Notes under the pieces: model-generated | The model's input: only the letters and a program-made list of their open reading frames with translations | Databases searched by the model: none | Told to the model about the DNA's origin: nothing | Program-made: the position numbers and the translations under genes | IMG/VR virus record: IMGVR_UViG_3300045988_183127 | DNA length: 64,000 nt | Strand: one strand, 5' to 3' | Source: a virus | Shown: positions 28,056 to 38,532 of the stretch, one piece after another | Layout: every line of letters starts with the position of its first letter | How positions within the stretch are numbered: the first letter of the stretch is position 1

Positions 28056-30977
28056 TTAAGATACTGACTTCTTATTTTTAGGCTTAGTACTATATGCAGC
28101 AGCAATTTTTTTTGTATCAATTTTTGCAAGTGCTGATGAATTCTTCTTAGCTTTGGCAGGAGAAGATGCATGAGAATTAGCTCTTACCTTTTTAATCTTA
28201 GCATCCTGTTCTCTTAACTTAGCTGCTTCCTTTAATGCCTTGTTTGGATCAATAGGAACATAATTAGTATTAGTTACATCAAATACTTCCTTAAGGAATG
28301 TGTTATATATTTCTCCATGTTCCTTATCTGAATAACAAACATATTGACCTGTTATAAATAATTCATCCTTTGCTCTGGTTAAGGAAACAAATAATAATCT
28401 TCTCATTTCCTCAATTTCTTTTTCATGATTAACTTTATTACGAATGCTATGCAAATGCTTGCTATCATACTTTGTGACACTGTTAAATATAACCGGCCAT
28501 TCAAGTCCTTTTGATGAGTGAGCTGTTGTAAGTACAACACCTTCGTAAGTCTGCTCCATTTTCTTACAGCAATTAGTTCCAAATACTTTAAAATCCTGAA
28601 TATATTCCAATTCAGACTGTAAATCCTCATTTGCATATACCAAATCTAAGAAATATTCATAGATTTCATCTCCTTCATCTCCCTTAAGTGCGTCAAGCAT
28701 ATTATGGAAAATTTGTCTCTGAGACGGAATCGCTATCATATCCATATTCATAAACTGCTGCTTTAGTTTAGAGATTTCATCATTAATATCATTAAATGAT
28801 AAAAGATTTAATATTTCTCCATTATATTTCGCAGCCAGATAATCTAAATAAAGCTTATCTGCTTCAGGCTGATAAAATGCATCAGCTAAAGATAATGCAG
28901 CTTTAACCTTTCCATTTTCAGCTAATGGCATTGGATTCATCATAACCCAAGGAATATTTGCTTTTGATAATGCGGCCCCAATAGAAACAAGTTCAGCCTT
29001 TGTATATGTAAGCACTGCAATGTCTTCTGGAATATGTTCGTTTAAATCCAACATCTCTTTAATTGTATCTACAATATACTCAATTTCTTCATCTTTGCTA
29101 TAAAAGCCCTTTACTGTTACAGGTGCACCATGATCCTTACATGGATTCATAGCTTTAATAAGTCTTTCCTTATTAAGTGCTTCTATATCAGTTGCAACCT
29201 TAAGTATTTCAGGAGTACTTCTTCTATTAACTGATAAATTAATATCTATACCTTTTATGCCTAACTTATCGAAGAAATGAATCATGTTTTCCGGAGATGT
29301 ATGTCTGAACCCATAAATACTCTGAGAATCATCACCTACAACCATTAAAGACTCAAAACATTTACAATTACATAGCTCCTTTATTGTATCCATCTGAATA
29401 TCATTAGAATCCTGAAACTCATCTACTATAATATGCTTAAAACCTAATCTTTCTAAATAACCCGGATGCGCATTGATAATGTTAAACATCATTGGTTCCT
29501 GATCAGCAAATGTAATAAGTGAATCTTCAAGTAGCTGTTTCTGGTATTCAGAATATAAATCTATTAACTGTGTAACAGCAATACCAGTGCCCATAAATCT
29601 TGAATAACCTTTATCTCTTAACAGTTCTGTAAGCTGATTATTTGCATCTGGAAGTGTAATATCAACATGTTCAGTTTTAATCAACTCAAAGCATTTTTCA
29701 GCACAAGCTAATGCACCTCTTAAGTTCGGTGTATCTGTCATAAAGTTCAAGTAATCGATTCCGTTAATATGATTATCAGTTAATAATTGAGTAATAATCT
29801 TACGATTTCTTACATCATCAATTACAACAGGAGGATTTGTAAATCCCAATTCCTTATACTCAAATTTAACAATATTATAAGCAAAACTATTAAAAGTCAT
29901 TGCCTGAATATCGTCAGGACTTACAGAAAGTCCATAAGTTAAACACTTACTTGCGATCCTTGTTTTCATTTCTGCTGCACCTGCGTCTGTAAATGTTATA
30001 AATAACATTTCTTCCGGCTTGACACCTTCAACAAACATTTGTGCTCCTCTTTCAGTAACACATTCTGTTTTACCTGCACCGGCTGTAGCAATTACCCTTG
30101 CAATTCCTTTTCTAAAATCAACTATCTGCTGCTGTTCGTCTGATAAAATAATTTTGTCTCTCTTCTTAAGCGTTTTCTTTTCGAAATGTGCAGGAGTTTT
30201 TGTATAATGGCAAAGCATATTATAAGAACATGTTTTACAATCATCTTCTGTACACTGAATATGCCCCTGCTCAGATAAATTGATCTGCTTAATATAATCT
30301 AATTCTTCTCCACAAAGACTATCTTTACCCCATTCAACTTCTTTTTCAAATGAAACAACATTACCGCCGTAGCCTGAAAAGAAATCAGCATCAGTCATAC
30401 TTTTAGAAGTATCTGTGCTTTTTCTTAAGTAATAATAAGATCCTTTAATAATCTTTTTTTCACCTGGTTTAAGTAATGATTTTGCATATAAATATAATGC
30501 ATATATTTCCGGACACTTTAAAACAGATAAATCCTGTTTCTTGCCTGAGACAGTTACCACGGGCTTTGAAGCAAAAAACTTGATTGCTTCAATTTCATTT
30601 TTATTAACAGAAACAGCATCAGGTCTAATATGAATTGCGTAATCCTGACTTACAGGAATATCCTTAGCATCAACTTCAACTTCAAGTTTTCTTTTTTCGC
30701 AAGACGCATATCTTGTAAGAATTTCTGTAAGACGCTTAATTCTTCCTTCATTAGTTTCCGCAGGTAAATTATTCTCTTCAACACCTTCAGACACTAAATC
30801 ATGAAATTCATTAATCTGAAACTCACCTTTTAAATAACCCATAATAATCTGCTTAATAATAATAGCATTATCATAATTGTCATTTTTCTTTGTAGTAACT
30901 TCAATTTCCTTTTTTAAGTTCTTCATAAGACGACAATGATATTTGCCTCTTAACTCTTCTGATTTTAATACTTTCAT
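28056..30977 (-). CDS. UvrD/PcrA-like SF1 helicase with ~280-aa N-terminal Cys-cluster domain and basic tail
   Basis: motifs IATAGAGKT, IIVDEFQDSN, VVGDDSQSIYGFRH, TAHSSKGLEWPVIF; N-terminal CTEDDCKTCSYNMLCH (Cx2Cx5C); Lys-rich C-terminus. Confidence 0.8.
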   Translation of the reverse strand: MKVLKSEELRGKYHCRLMKNLKKEIEVTTKKNDNYDNAIIIKQIIMGYLKGEFQINEFHDLVSEGVEENNLPAETNEGRIKRLTEILTRYASCEKRKLEVEVDAKDIPVSQDYAIHIRPDAVSVNKNEIEAIKFFASKPVVTVSGKKQDLSVLKCPEIYALYLYAKSLLKPGEKKIIKGSYYYLRKSTDTSKSMTDADFFSGYGGNVVSFEKEVEWGKDSLCGEELDYIKQINLSEQGHIQCTEDDCKTCSYNMLCHYTKTPAHFEKKTLKKRDKIILSDEQQQIVDFRKGIARVIATAGAGKTECVTERGAQMFVEGVKPEEMLFITFTDAGAAEMKTRIASKCLTYGLSVSPDDIQAMTFNSFAYNIVKFEYKELGFTNPPVVIDDVRNRKIITQLLTDNHINGIDYLNFMTDTPNLRGALACAEKCFELIKTEHVDITLPDANNQLTELLRDKGYSRFMGTGIAVTQLIDLYSEYQKQLLEDSLITFADQEPMMFNIINAHPGYLERLGFKHIIVDEFQDSNDIQMDTIKELCNCKCFESLMVVGDDSQSIYGFRHTSPENMIHFFDKLGIKGIDINLSVNRRSTPEILKVATDIEALNKERLIKAMNPCKDHGAPVTVKGFYSKDEEIEYIVDTIKEMLDLNEHIPEDIAVLTYTKAELVSIGAALSKANIPWVMMNPMPLAENGKVKAALSLADAFYQPEADKLYLDYLAAKYNGEILNLLSFNDINDEISKLKQQFMNMDMIAIPSQRQIFHNMLDALKGDEGDEIYEYFLDLVYANEDLQSELEYIQDFKVFGTNCCKKMEQTYEGVVLTTAHSSKGLEWPVIFNSVTKYDSKHLHSIRNKVNHEKEIEEMRRLLFVSLTRAKDELFITGQYVCYSDKEHGEIYNTFLKEVFDVTNTNYVPIDPNKALKEAAKLREQDAKIKKVRANSHASSPAKAKKNSSALAKIDTKKIAAAYSTKPKNKKSVS

Positions 30978-31202
30978 AAAATATCTCCTTTATTATTTTG
31001 ATAAAGAAAATATGACAGAAAAAATATTCAAGAGTAACAATAATTCCATCTTGGAATTTAATATCAATATTCACAGCGCTTCTTATTTAATTAACTTAGC
31101 TTTAAATTAGTTTCTTTATGCGATATTGCTTTATTTTCAAGGCCTTTATTATAAAAATGACAGGCTGATTATACTTCAACCTGTCCTTAAAATTATATAT
31201 TT

Positions 31203-32777
31203 TTACTTAGTAGAATTCTTTTCTGACTTAGACACTTTCTCAGGAACATTCTTTACAGTTACCTTAATCTCCGGGTCAACATCTTCTGGAATGCCTGTAA
31301 AGTTCACATTCTTTGTTGTCTTGGCATCATATGTATTAGCCTTCATTACTTCTGTAAGGTCAAAACCAGTTGTTTCCTTAACAGATTCAATTGTCTTTGC
31401 AAGTACTGATGGTACATTACTGCTAAATGAACCTACTCCGGTTTCACCATTACCACTGTCAATAATAGTTACCTTATCAATGGCTTCTAATGGCTTTGCA
31501 ATAGCTCCTGCCATCTCTGGAAGTACTTTGATAATCATTTCAGTCATGGCAGCCTTACCATACTTAGCCATTGCATCTGCTTTCTTCTCCATAGCTTCAG
31601 CTTCAGCTAATCCTTTTGCCTTAATACTTTCAGCATCAGCAACACCTTTTGCCTTAATACTCTCTGCTTCTGCAAAGCCCTGTGCCTTTACTGCTTCAGC
31701 TTCCTGTTCCTTAGCAAATCTGTCTGCTTCTGCCTGTGATTTCTTAGCTTCAGCCTGCTTCTGAATTTCAAACTGCTTTGCTTCTGCTTCCTTCTGTCTC
31801 TGATAAAGTTCTGCATCTGCCTTTTGCTGTGCTGCATACTTTTCAGCTTCGGCCTGCTTACGGATATCAGCATCAAGTGTTTTTTCCTTAACAGTGATTT
31901 CCTTTTCTCTTAATTCAATTTCCTTTTCCTGCTTTGCAATATTAGCATTGGCAGTAGTGATTTCAATTGTCTTTCTCTGTTCCTGCTGCTGGATTTCATA
32001 TGCCGCATCAGCTTCAGCCTTCTTAACATCTGCTGCTCTCTTTAATTCCTGCTTCTTAATCTCAAGTTCATTATTTCTTTCTGCAATAGCTGTCTCAGCT
32101 TCAATTCTTGCATCATTAGCCTGCTTTTCAGCATTAGCCTTTGCAACTGCAATATCTCTTTCTGATTCTGCTCTTGATATCTGTGCTGACTTACTGATAC
32201 TTACAACCCTGTCAATACCAAGGTTTTCAATAACATTACCTTCATCTGTAACATTCTGAACATTAAAGCTTACAATTTCAAGACCCATTCTTTCCATATC
32301 AGGAGCAGCATTCTCCTGTACCTTTTCAGCAAATAACTTTCTGTCCTGTACAATATCCTCAAGCTTCATCTGTCCTATAATTTCACGGACATTACCTTCA
32401 AGTACATCTACAACTGATTCTCTGATATAATCTGAATTTTTATTAAGGAAGTTACTTGCAGCCTTTCCAAGCATTTCAGGTGATGAACCAATCTTAATCT
32501 TTACAGCAGAATCAATATTAACATTAATATACTCATTTGTTGGTACTGATTCCTTTGTCTTTACATCAACAGAAATCATCTTTAAATCAAGCTTATCTAC
32601 TCTCTGTAAAAATGGTATCTTAAGTGATGACCTTCCGATAACATACTTAGGTGTCTTTCTAAGTCCTGATACAATAAGTGCCTTGTCTGTCGGAGCCTTA
32701 ATATAACTTGCAAATAATAATGCAATTAATACTACAACCACCGCTACTACAATTCCAATCGTTACTTCAATTCCCAT
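31203..32777 (-). CDS. SPFH/band-7 flotillin-like protein
   Basis: N-terminal TM, SPFH region, long Ala/Glu/Lys-rich coiled-coil tail; 524 aa. Confidence 0.75.
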   Translation of the reverse strand: MGIEVTIGIVVAVVVVLIALLFASYIKAPTDKALIVSGLRKTPKYVIGRSSLKIPFLQRVDKLDLKMISVDVKTKESVPTNEYINVNIDSAVKIKIGSSPEMLGKAASNFLNKNSDYIRESVVDVLEGNVREIIGQMKLEDIVQDRKLFAEKVQENAAPDMERMGLEIVSFNVQNVTDEGNVIENLGIDRVVSISKSAQISRAESERDIAVAKANAEKQANDARIEAETAIAERNNELEIKKQELKRAADVKKAEADAAYEIQQQEQRKTIEITTANANIAKQEKEIELREKEITVKEKTLDADIRKQAEAEKYAAQQKADAELYQRQKEAEAKQFEIQKQAEAKKSQAEADRFAKEQEAEAVKAQGFAEAESIKAKGVADAESIKAKGLAEAEAMEKKADAMAKYGKAAMTEMIIKVLPEMAGAIAKPLEAIDKVTIIDSGNGETGVGSFSSNVPSVLAKTIESVKETTGFDLTEVMKANTYDAKTTKNVNFTGIPEDVDPEIKVTVKNVPEKVSKSEKNSTK

Positions 32778-32811
32778 AAATTTTATTCCTTTCTTTTAGT
32801 AAAAATAAGCA

Positions 32812-32868
32812 TGAACTACTCACAAACGACATTAGTCGGATGGAGCTTTCTTGCTTGATTGCGATAAA
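32812..32868 (-). repeat. copy c2 of 57-bp 5-prime UTR repeat family
   Basis: between type-B box (32908) and the flotillin start. Confidence 0.6.
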
Positions 32869-32994
32869 CATCTTTTAAATTATTTTGTTTACGCCAGTCA
32901 TTAGTAATATGACAGATATTTAATTTATTTTTTTTACATAAAAAATGGCTATGTTTTCACATAGCCATTCAGGAGGGAGGTTTAAAATTTATTG

Positions 32995-33440
32995 TCAAGC
33001 ATACAGTGCAAACGTATGCTTATGAGTCAAACTTTTTGCTGCCGCAATATCTCTTTGAATAAATTCTTTGTTAATTCTTTTTTCGTAAGACTTAACAATA
33101 TTCTGGAAATTATGTAAACAGCTTTCAATTGATGACTGCAATTCTGAATATACGCAGTCATTTTTCATGTCAATATTATCAGAATTAATAAAAATACTAA
33201 CAACATTGCAATCTGGTTCAGGCATTCCGTCATCTGTATAATAGCAATCGCTACCCATAAAAAGCACATATTTACCTTCACCAAACACTAATTTTTTATC
33301 CATATAAATGTAAGATTCATCTTCATCTATATAGACCTCTGTTTCTCCAATTGATTCATCAAACATATTATTTTCAAATATATCAATGTCTTCTTCTTTT
33401 ATATCAAATAAATCTAACATACTGTATGTCCTCCTTTTAA
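32995..33440 (-). CDS. hypothetical acidic protein
   Basis: start reassigned to MLDLFDIKEED: SD AAAAGGAGG directly upstream and box variant TATGACTGAA 38 nt upstream. Confidence 0.45.
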
Positions 33441-33530
33441 ATTGATTTATCTTATATATGACTGAAAAATAAAATAAGATAAACAAAAAATGCATTTCTA
33501 TTTATTAATATAGAAATGCATTTAACACAA

Positions 33531-34469
33531 TTAAATATATTCAATTTTTAATTCTTCAGTTTTGAGCCATGCATTCATGATTTTGTTATATAATTCTTTA
33601 AGTCTCTTTATTTCTTTTTTCGTTAAATGAACAACATTAACTAACATTTTATTTGAAGAACCTGCTAATTTATTCAAGATAACCTGTTTATCTTTAATTA
33701 GATAAACAATTCGTGTACAAGCCAAATTTACTGCACAATCTGGATTTTCCTGAATCAAATCATTGAATGTAAATCTTGAGTTAATGCCATTTTTTTTAAT
33801 TAACCAAACGGCTTCAAGAGTTTCATCAAATTTTACATTTAAAGCTTTCTTATCTGTACTATAAACATAATCCTTTTCTGCAACACAATTATCCGGTATA
33901 TCAATTATAGACGGTTCATATTGCAAACAATCTATTATAGAACCATTTTTATCAAATATATTTAATGGATAATCCTGAATTCCTATTAATTTTAAGTCTT
34001 CAGATGTAAATATATTTTTGATAGGATTGTCAATGGCTTTAGATTTTTCTTCATTAGAATTATTATTTTTAACAGATAACTTTCCTGAAGAATCTATAGA
34101 AACAATACCCCAAGATGATTTATTATCTGCTTCTTCTAATGCGTAGTTTGACTTATCTCCAGGACATAACTCAGCAAGCCAATTTAATGTCTGTCCATAA
34201 TTTAGCCCTGTTTTTAATTGGACCAGTTTAATTACATTCCAACTTTCTCCACAAGCAAAGCAATGGATTCCCTTAAAATGCTTTTTTGAATCCACATATA
34301 TACTTGCTGAACCAAAATGTTTATCATTATGAAACGGACATAAAATTTCTCGTTTATTCCCAGTAACTATATCCGTTCCTGCAGTAGCATTTGAAATTTT
34401 AATATTAAGCTTGTTTATAACATCTAGCATATTAATGCTATCTACAATAGCTTGTCTATCATATCTCAT
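33531..34469 (-). CDS. CHC2 zinc-finger (DnaG primase-type) protein without evident TOPRIM
   Basis: CPFHNDKHFGSASIYVDSKKHFKGIHCFACGESWNVIKLVQLKTGLNYGQTLNWLAE matches the DnaG N-terminal zinc-ribbon pattern. Confidence 0.6.
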   Translation of the reverse strand: MRYDRQAIVDSINMLDVINKLNIKISNATAGTDIVTGNKREILCPFHNDKHFGSASIYVDSKKHFKGIHCFACGESWNVIKLVQLKTGLNYGQTLNWLAELCPGDKSNYALEEADNKSSWGIVSIDSSGKLSVKNNNSNEEKSKAIDNPIKNIFTSEDLKLIGIQDYPLNIFDKNGSIIDCLQYEPSIIDIPDNCVAEKDYVYSTDKKALNVKFDETLEAVWLIKKNGINSRFTFNDLIQENPDCAVNLACTRIVYLIKDKQVILNKLAGSSNKMLVNVVHLTKKEIKRLKELYNKIMNAWLKTEELKIEYI

Positions 34470-34738
34470 GCAACTGCCTCCACAACAACTTCATTACCTT
34501 CAATATGCGCATTGCTGCAATATCCGCCAATTGCTTTAAGGGATTCGACAACCAGATCCTTTGTAGCATATAAATGATCTCCAGGAGCTAAATAAAAAAC
34601 ATTTTCTTCACTGTTTATTAATTCAATGCCTTCTGATGAAGAAACATTTTTGCATACATATGGATAATTATCCTCCTTATTTTTGTTAACTTCTACTGCT
34701 AAAGCCTTTCTCCATGGCGTAAAATCGAATTTATTCAT
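34466..34738 (-). CDS. hypothetical protein
   Basis: 90-aa ORF; box 37 nt upstream. Confidence 0.4.
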   Translation of the reverse strand: MNKFDFTPWRKALAVEVNKNKEDNYPYVCKNVSSSEGIELINSEENVFYLAPGDHLYATKDLVVESLKAIGGYCSNAHIEGNEVVVEAVA

Positions 34739-34885
34739 AACAAATTCCTCCTTTAAATTTTTGATATAAAGGATATGACAGAAAAAAAATCATTAATGAA
34801 AGGAGATTCTAAATTCATGATGATATAACAAAAGCAGGAGATGCTTGCTTATCTCCTGCTAAAATATTAATTTCTAAATTATTTT

Positions 34886-34942
34886 ATGAACTATTCACAA
34901 CCGACTATTGTCGAATAGAGTTTTCCTGCTATTCTTCGATAA
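34886..34942 (-). repeat. copy c3 of 57-bp repeat, stand-alone between a box variant (34975) and a terminator hairpin (34835-34862)
   Basis: TTATCGAAGAATAGCAGGAAAACTCTATTCGACAATAGTCGGTTGTGAATAGTTCAT; no ORF downstream before the hairpin AGCAGGAGATAAGCAAGCATCTCCTGCT. Confidence 0.5.
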
Positions 34943-34988
34943 TTGATTTTTCTTTTTTAATTGAATGTTTTATATATGACATAAAATA

Positions 34989-35423
34989 TCATTTAATCAA
35001 AATTCTAATCAAATTAGAATCTGCATCTGCTACAAAGTTTTCTATTAAGACTATTTTTATAATGTTGCTTTTGTTATCCACGAATGTATATGTTAATACT
35101 GGATTTTCTAATACCGACTTATCTAAATCATAATATTTAATTAGTAAATTTCTTAACTTATCATAAATCATTATGAATTTATCTTTGTGATCATTTTGAA
35201 CGATATGAACCTTCTTATCTTTAGCGTTAAATTTTATTCTGTCTTCCGAAATTGTAAATGCAGAAATTCCATTGTATATATTAAAATTATAACTAAAAAT
35301 ATATTCATAATTAATTTCTGAAATGAAATTATTGATTATCTGGTTTAATTCATATCTAATTTTTTGTCTTGACACTTGTTTTTGTTTTGTTTTTCTCATA
35401 ATTTTAAACATAAAGTCCTCCAT
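34989..35423 (-). CDS. hypothetical protein
   Basis: 144-aa basic ORF. Confidence 0.4.
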   Translation of the reverse strand: MEDFMFKIMRKTKQKQVSRQKIRYELNQIINNFISEINYEYIFSYNFNIYNGISAFTISEDRIKFNAKDKKVHIVQNDHKDKFIMIYDKLRNLLIKYYDLDKSVLENPVLTYTFVDNKSNIIKIVLIENFVADADSNLIRILIK

Positions 35424-35513
35424 AATTAAAAAATATATTATATTTTTAATATGACAGAGGAAATAAAAAAACTGTCAGGAATCGTCCTGACAGTTTAATT
35501 ATAAAATAATAAA

Positions 35514-38047
35514 CTATAATTCTAATTCGTCATCAAATATTCTATTTTCCTTATGTTCTACTTTAGATAAATTCTTTAAATCTAATTCATCTGCTGCCTT
35601 TACTGTTACTTTTTCTAATTCCTTATTTGCAACAGGATTATCTAATTTTTCAGATTTACCGCAAAATTCATTAGAAATATAATCAAGGTCATACGATGAT
35701 ACTACCTTTGCATTCTCTTTTAGACCTTCTTTTTGAACATCTAGTGGATATAATGAGAACACTGTATCAGCCTCTTTTATATCAGTTGTAAGCTCTCCGC
35801 AGCCTTCGGCATATAAATCAAATAATTGTTTCATATCTGGAATAGCGTTATTTAATATATATCCTAATTCAACTGATGTCTGTTTATTTAAATCATTTGA
35901 AACAACATTCTGCCCTAAATTTAAACTGCCTACATGGTCAATCCAATATGTCACATCGTTTTCTACATCATAAACACATGGAGTTGCCATGGTTGATGCT
36001 GCATTTATTTTAATTGGATACTCAATCTGTGATATTTCGAACTGTTTTCCAAGGAAAATAACAGATCGTTCATCTTTAGTAAAATCAATAACCTCATCAT
36101 AATCATCATATTCAGCATCATGATCCCTATGACATGCTTTTCTTGTATCCATATACTCACCTAAAGAACCCTCTTTTTCCATTTCAATAAATTTAAGTCC
36201 TTCAGCTTTATTAAATGGCACTGAGAATCCATGAATTTCTACAACAGCATATTTAATACCGGCATCTTTCATAGCTTTTTTATCTAATAAAACCATTTCA
36301 GTAGCACCATTTGGGGCATCTGTATAATCGCCACTATGTACACCAAATTTTCCGGATTTTAAATTATAATAATACAGGGTATCAACTGCTATGTTTTTAT
36401 CATTATAAAACTTAACACTTAAATCAATGTCACCTCTTACTTCATGTCCATTATTATCCTTATAATTTTTCCAGTATATTCCATAAGCTAATAAGTTTTT
36501 ATTCTGATCACCTGATAATCTACTATATGGAGTAATAATATTACCTGCAGAACAATCTCTCATATCTCTTAAAGGAATTTTAATATCTTCTAATTTAGGG
36601 TCAATATATACTTTACCCAACTGTTTTGTATCTGAAATGTTATGAACAATAGTCTGTCTAATAATATTTCTTATATTATTCATTTGAGCATCTGAAAGAT
36701 GTAACGGTTTATTGTCTGAAACTAATAATTTTCCATTTTTATTCTTATAAATTCTATTCTCATGTTCTTTATTTCTTAATTCAAACGAATTATACATAGT
36801 AAGCATTGATTGCACAGGAACATTACAATACATAATTTTGTTTGCAATTGAAGTTAAAGCTAAAGCATTGCCTTTTTTTGCTGCTTCATCAACATACTGA
36901 ATATAATGCTGAACAAAATACCCAGGGAAATTATCCGCAAGCTTATTAAATTTTTGTACATTTTCAAATGATGAAACTTTAATAAGATTATCTATCGCTT
37001 TTTCAAACTGTCTTGGCACTGGAATAATATCCTTACCATTTTCATCTTTTTTTATTTTATTAGCAAGATTATCAAATGCTTTTACTACTCTTTCAGGGCC
37101 AGTATGTGAATCAATTCTATTCATTAATCTCTTATATAATCCTTCATCCTTCCAGATATCATAGTAAAGATTTGGACAGTTATTTAACATATCCTTTATT
37201 AACCTTTTGTCTGAATTGGTTAACTTATATTTAACTTTGCCGTTCTTATTTGAAACTGTTTTCTTAGTATTTAATGATATATCATTAACTTTGCTTCCAA
37301 AATTCTGATTTGAAAGTTCTGCTGCAAATCTTAATACATCTTTAGAATCCTTTATCATATTAACTGCTGAATTTCTTGCACCCAGTTTATATAATAGACT
37401 AGCTGTTTTAACTAAATTTTCTTTACTCTGATAAGGTATCTCGGTTGAAACAATTTGGTCAATTTTAAATGGATATTCACGAAAATATGTTTCAACATCT
37501 TTCAAGTTTTCTTCATTCATACCTTTTGGCGCATGAATTCTATTTACCATTAATTCATCTAATTCTTTTATATTTGTATTATTAATTACCTTTAATTTGT
37601 CAGGGAAGTTTTCCAATAATGGAAGTCTGTCAATTTTTTCTTCAGTTACAGAATCTCTTATCATCTGTGCTATTGTTTTGCATCTTTCATCATCTGTCTG
37701 GGAAAATGTATAATATAATAACGAATTAATATATAATGCTTCCTCAGATTTATCCATGACTTCTTCCGGGAAATTAGGATAGAATAACTCAACAGAATTA
37801 AATTCATCAATCCCTTTATATTCTTTAATAATATCTGTCAAATCATTATATACCCCACATATTTCCTGTGCAGGCAATTTAGCTAATGCGGATATAGCAT
37901 CCGTGCTTAATGTGTAACCATAACTTTCCAAATTTCTATTAACTGATAAAGCCATATTAATGTTTTCATATTCAATATCAATGGAATTTTGTGGGATTGA
38001 AAACTTAGATAGATTGTTAAATAAAATAGAATTAATAGATTTGTTCA
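35514..38047 (-). CDS. large hypothetical protein (844 aa)
   Basis: start reassigned to MNKSINS because GGAGG lies inside the track N-terminal extension; preceded by a 455-nt leader. Confidence 0.5.
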
Positions 38048-38091
38048 TAATATAACCTCCAAAAAATAAACACAATAGTTCTTACAAAAAA

Positions 38092-38131
38092 AGTCTTAAT
38101 ATCATAGTTTATTTACTATGACATTAAGACT
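38092..38131 (-). terminator. leader hairpin + T-run immediately upstream of the 844-aa gene (attenuator candidate)
   Basis: stem AGTCTTAAT/ATTAAGACT, then TTTTTTT on the gene strand, then SD. Confidence 0.45.
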
Positions 38132-38186
38132 CAAATAATATAATAATCAGCGTTAAACAAAAAAAATAATTTTTCATAATTTAGAA

Positions 38187-38451
38187 TAAAAGTAGGATGT
38201 TTAGCATAAATATTATTATATATTTTTTTATATTTTAATACATCAGCATATAGCAAAAGGATTTATGATTATAACAAGTTTATTCTTTATTTAATCCCGC
38301 AGGATATCTTAAAAGAAAACCTGATATAATCATACTTACTATTTGAGTATTAAAAAGTAGGATGCTATATATATTATGCCTTAAAATATAAATCTGAGTC
38401 AGCTTACAACAAATATAATAACCAAATTGTTTTTTATTTTAAAAAGTAGGA
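38187..38451 (-). repeat. three direct copies of AAAAGTAGGATG (CATCCTACTTTT on gene strand) in the leader
   Basis: copies at 38187, 38351, 38440 between the box at 38501 and the leader hairpin. Confidence 0.55.
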
Positions 38452-38532
38452 TGTTGTAAATAATACTCAAAATACTCCATTAATTTGAAAGCATATATAA
38501 TATGACAGAAATAAAAAATAATATGATGATTT

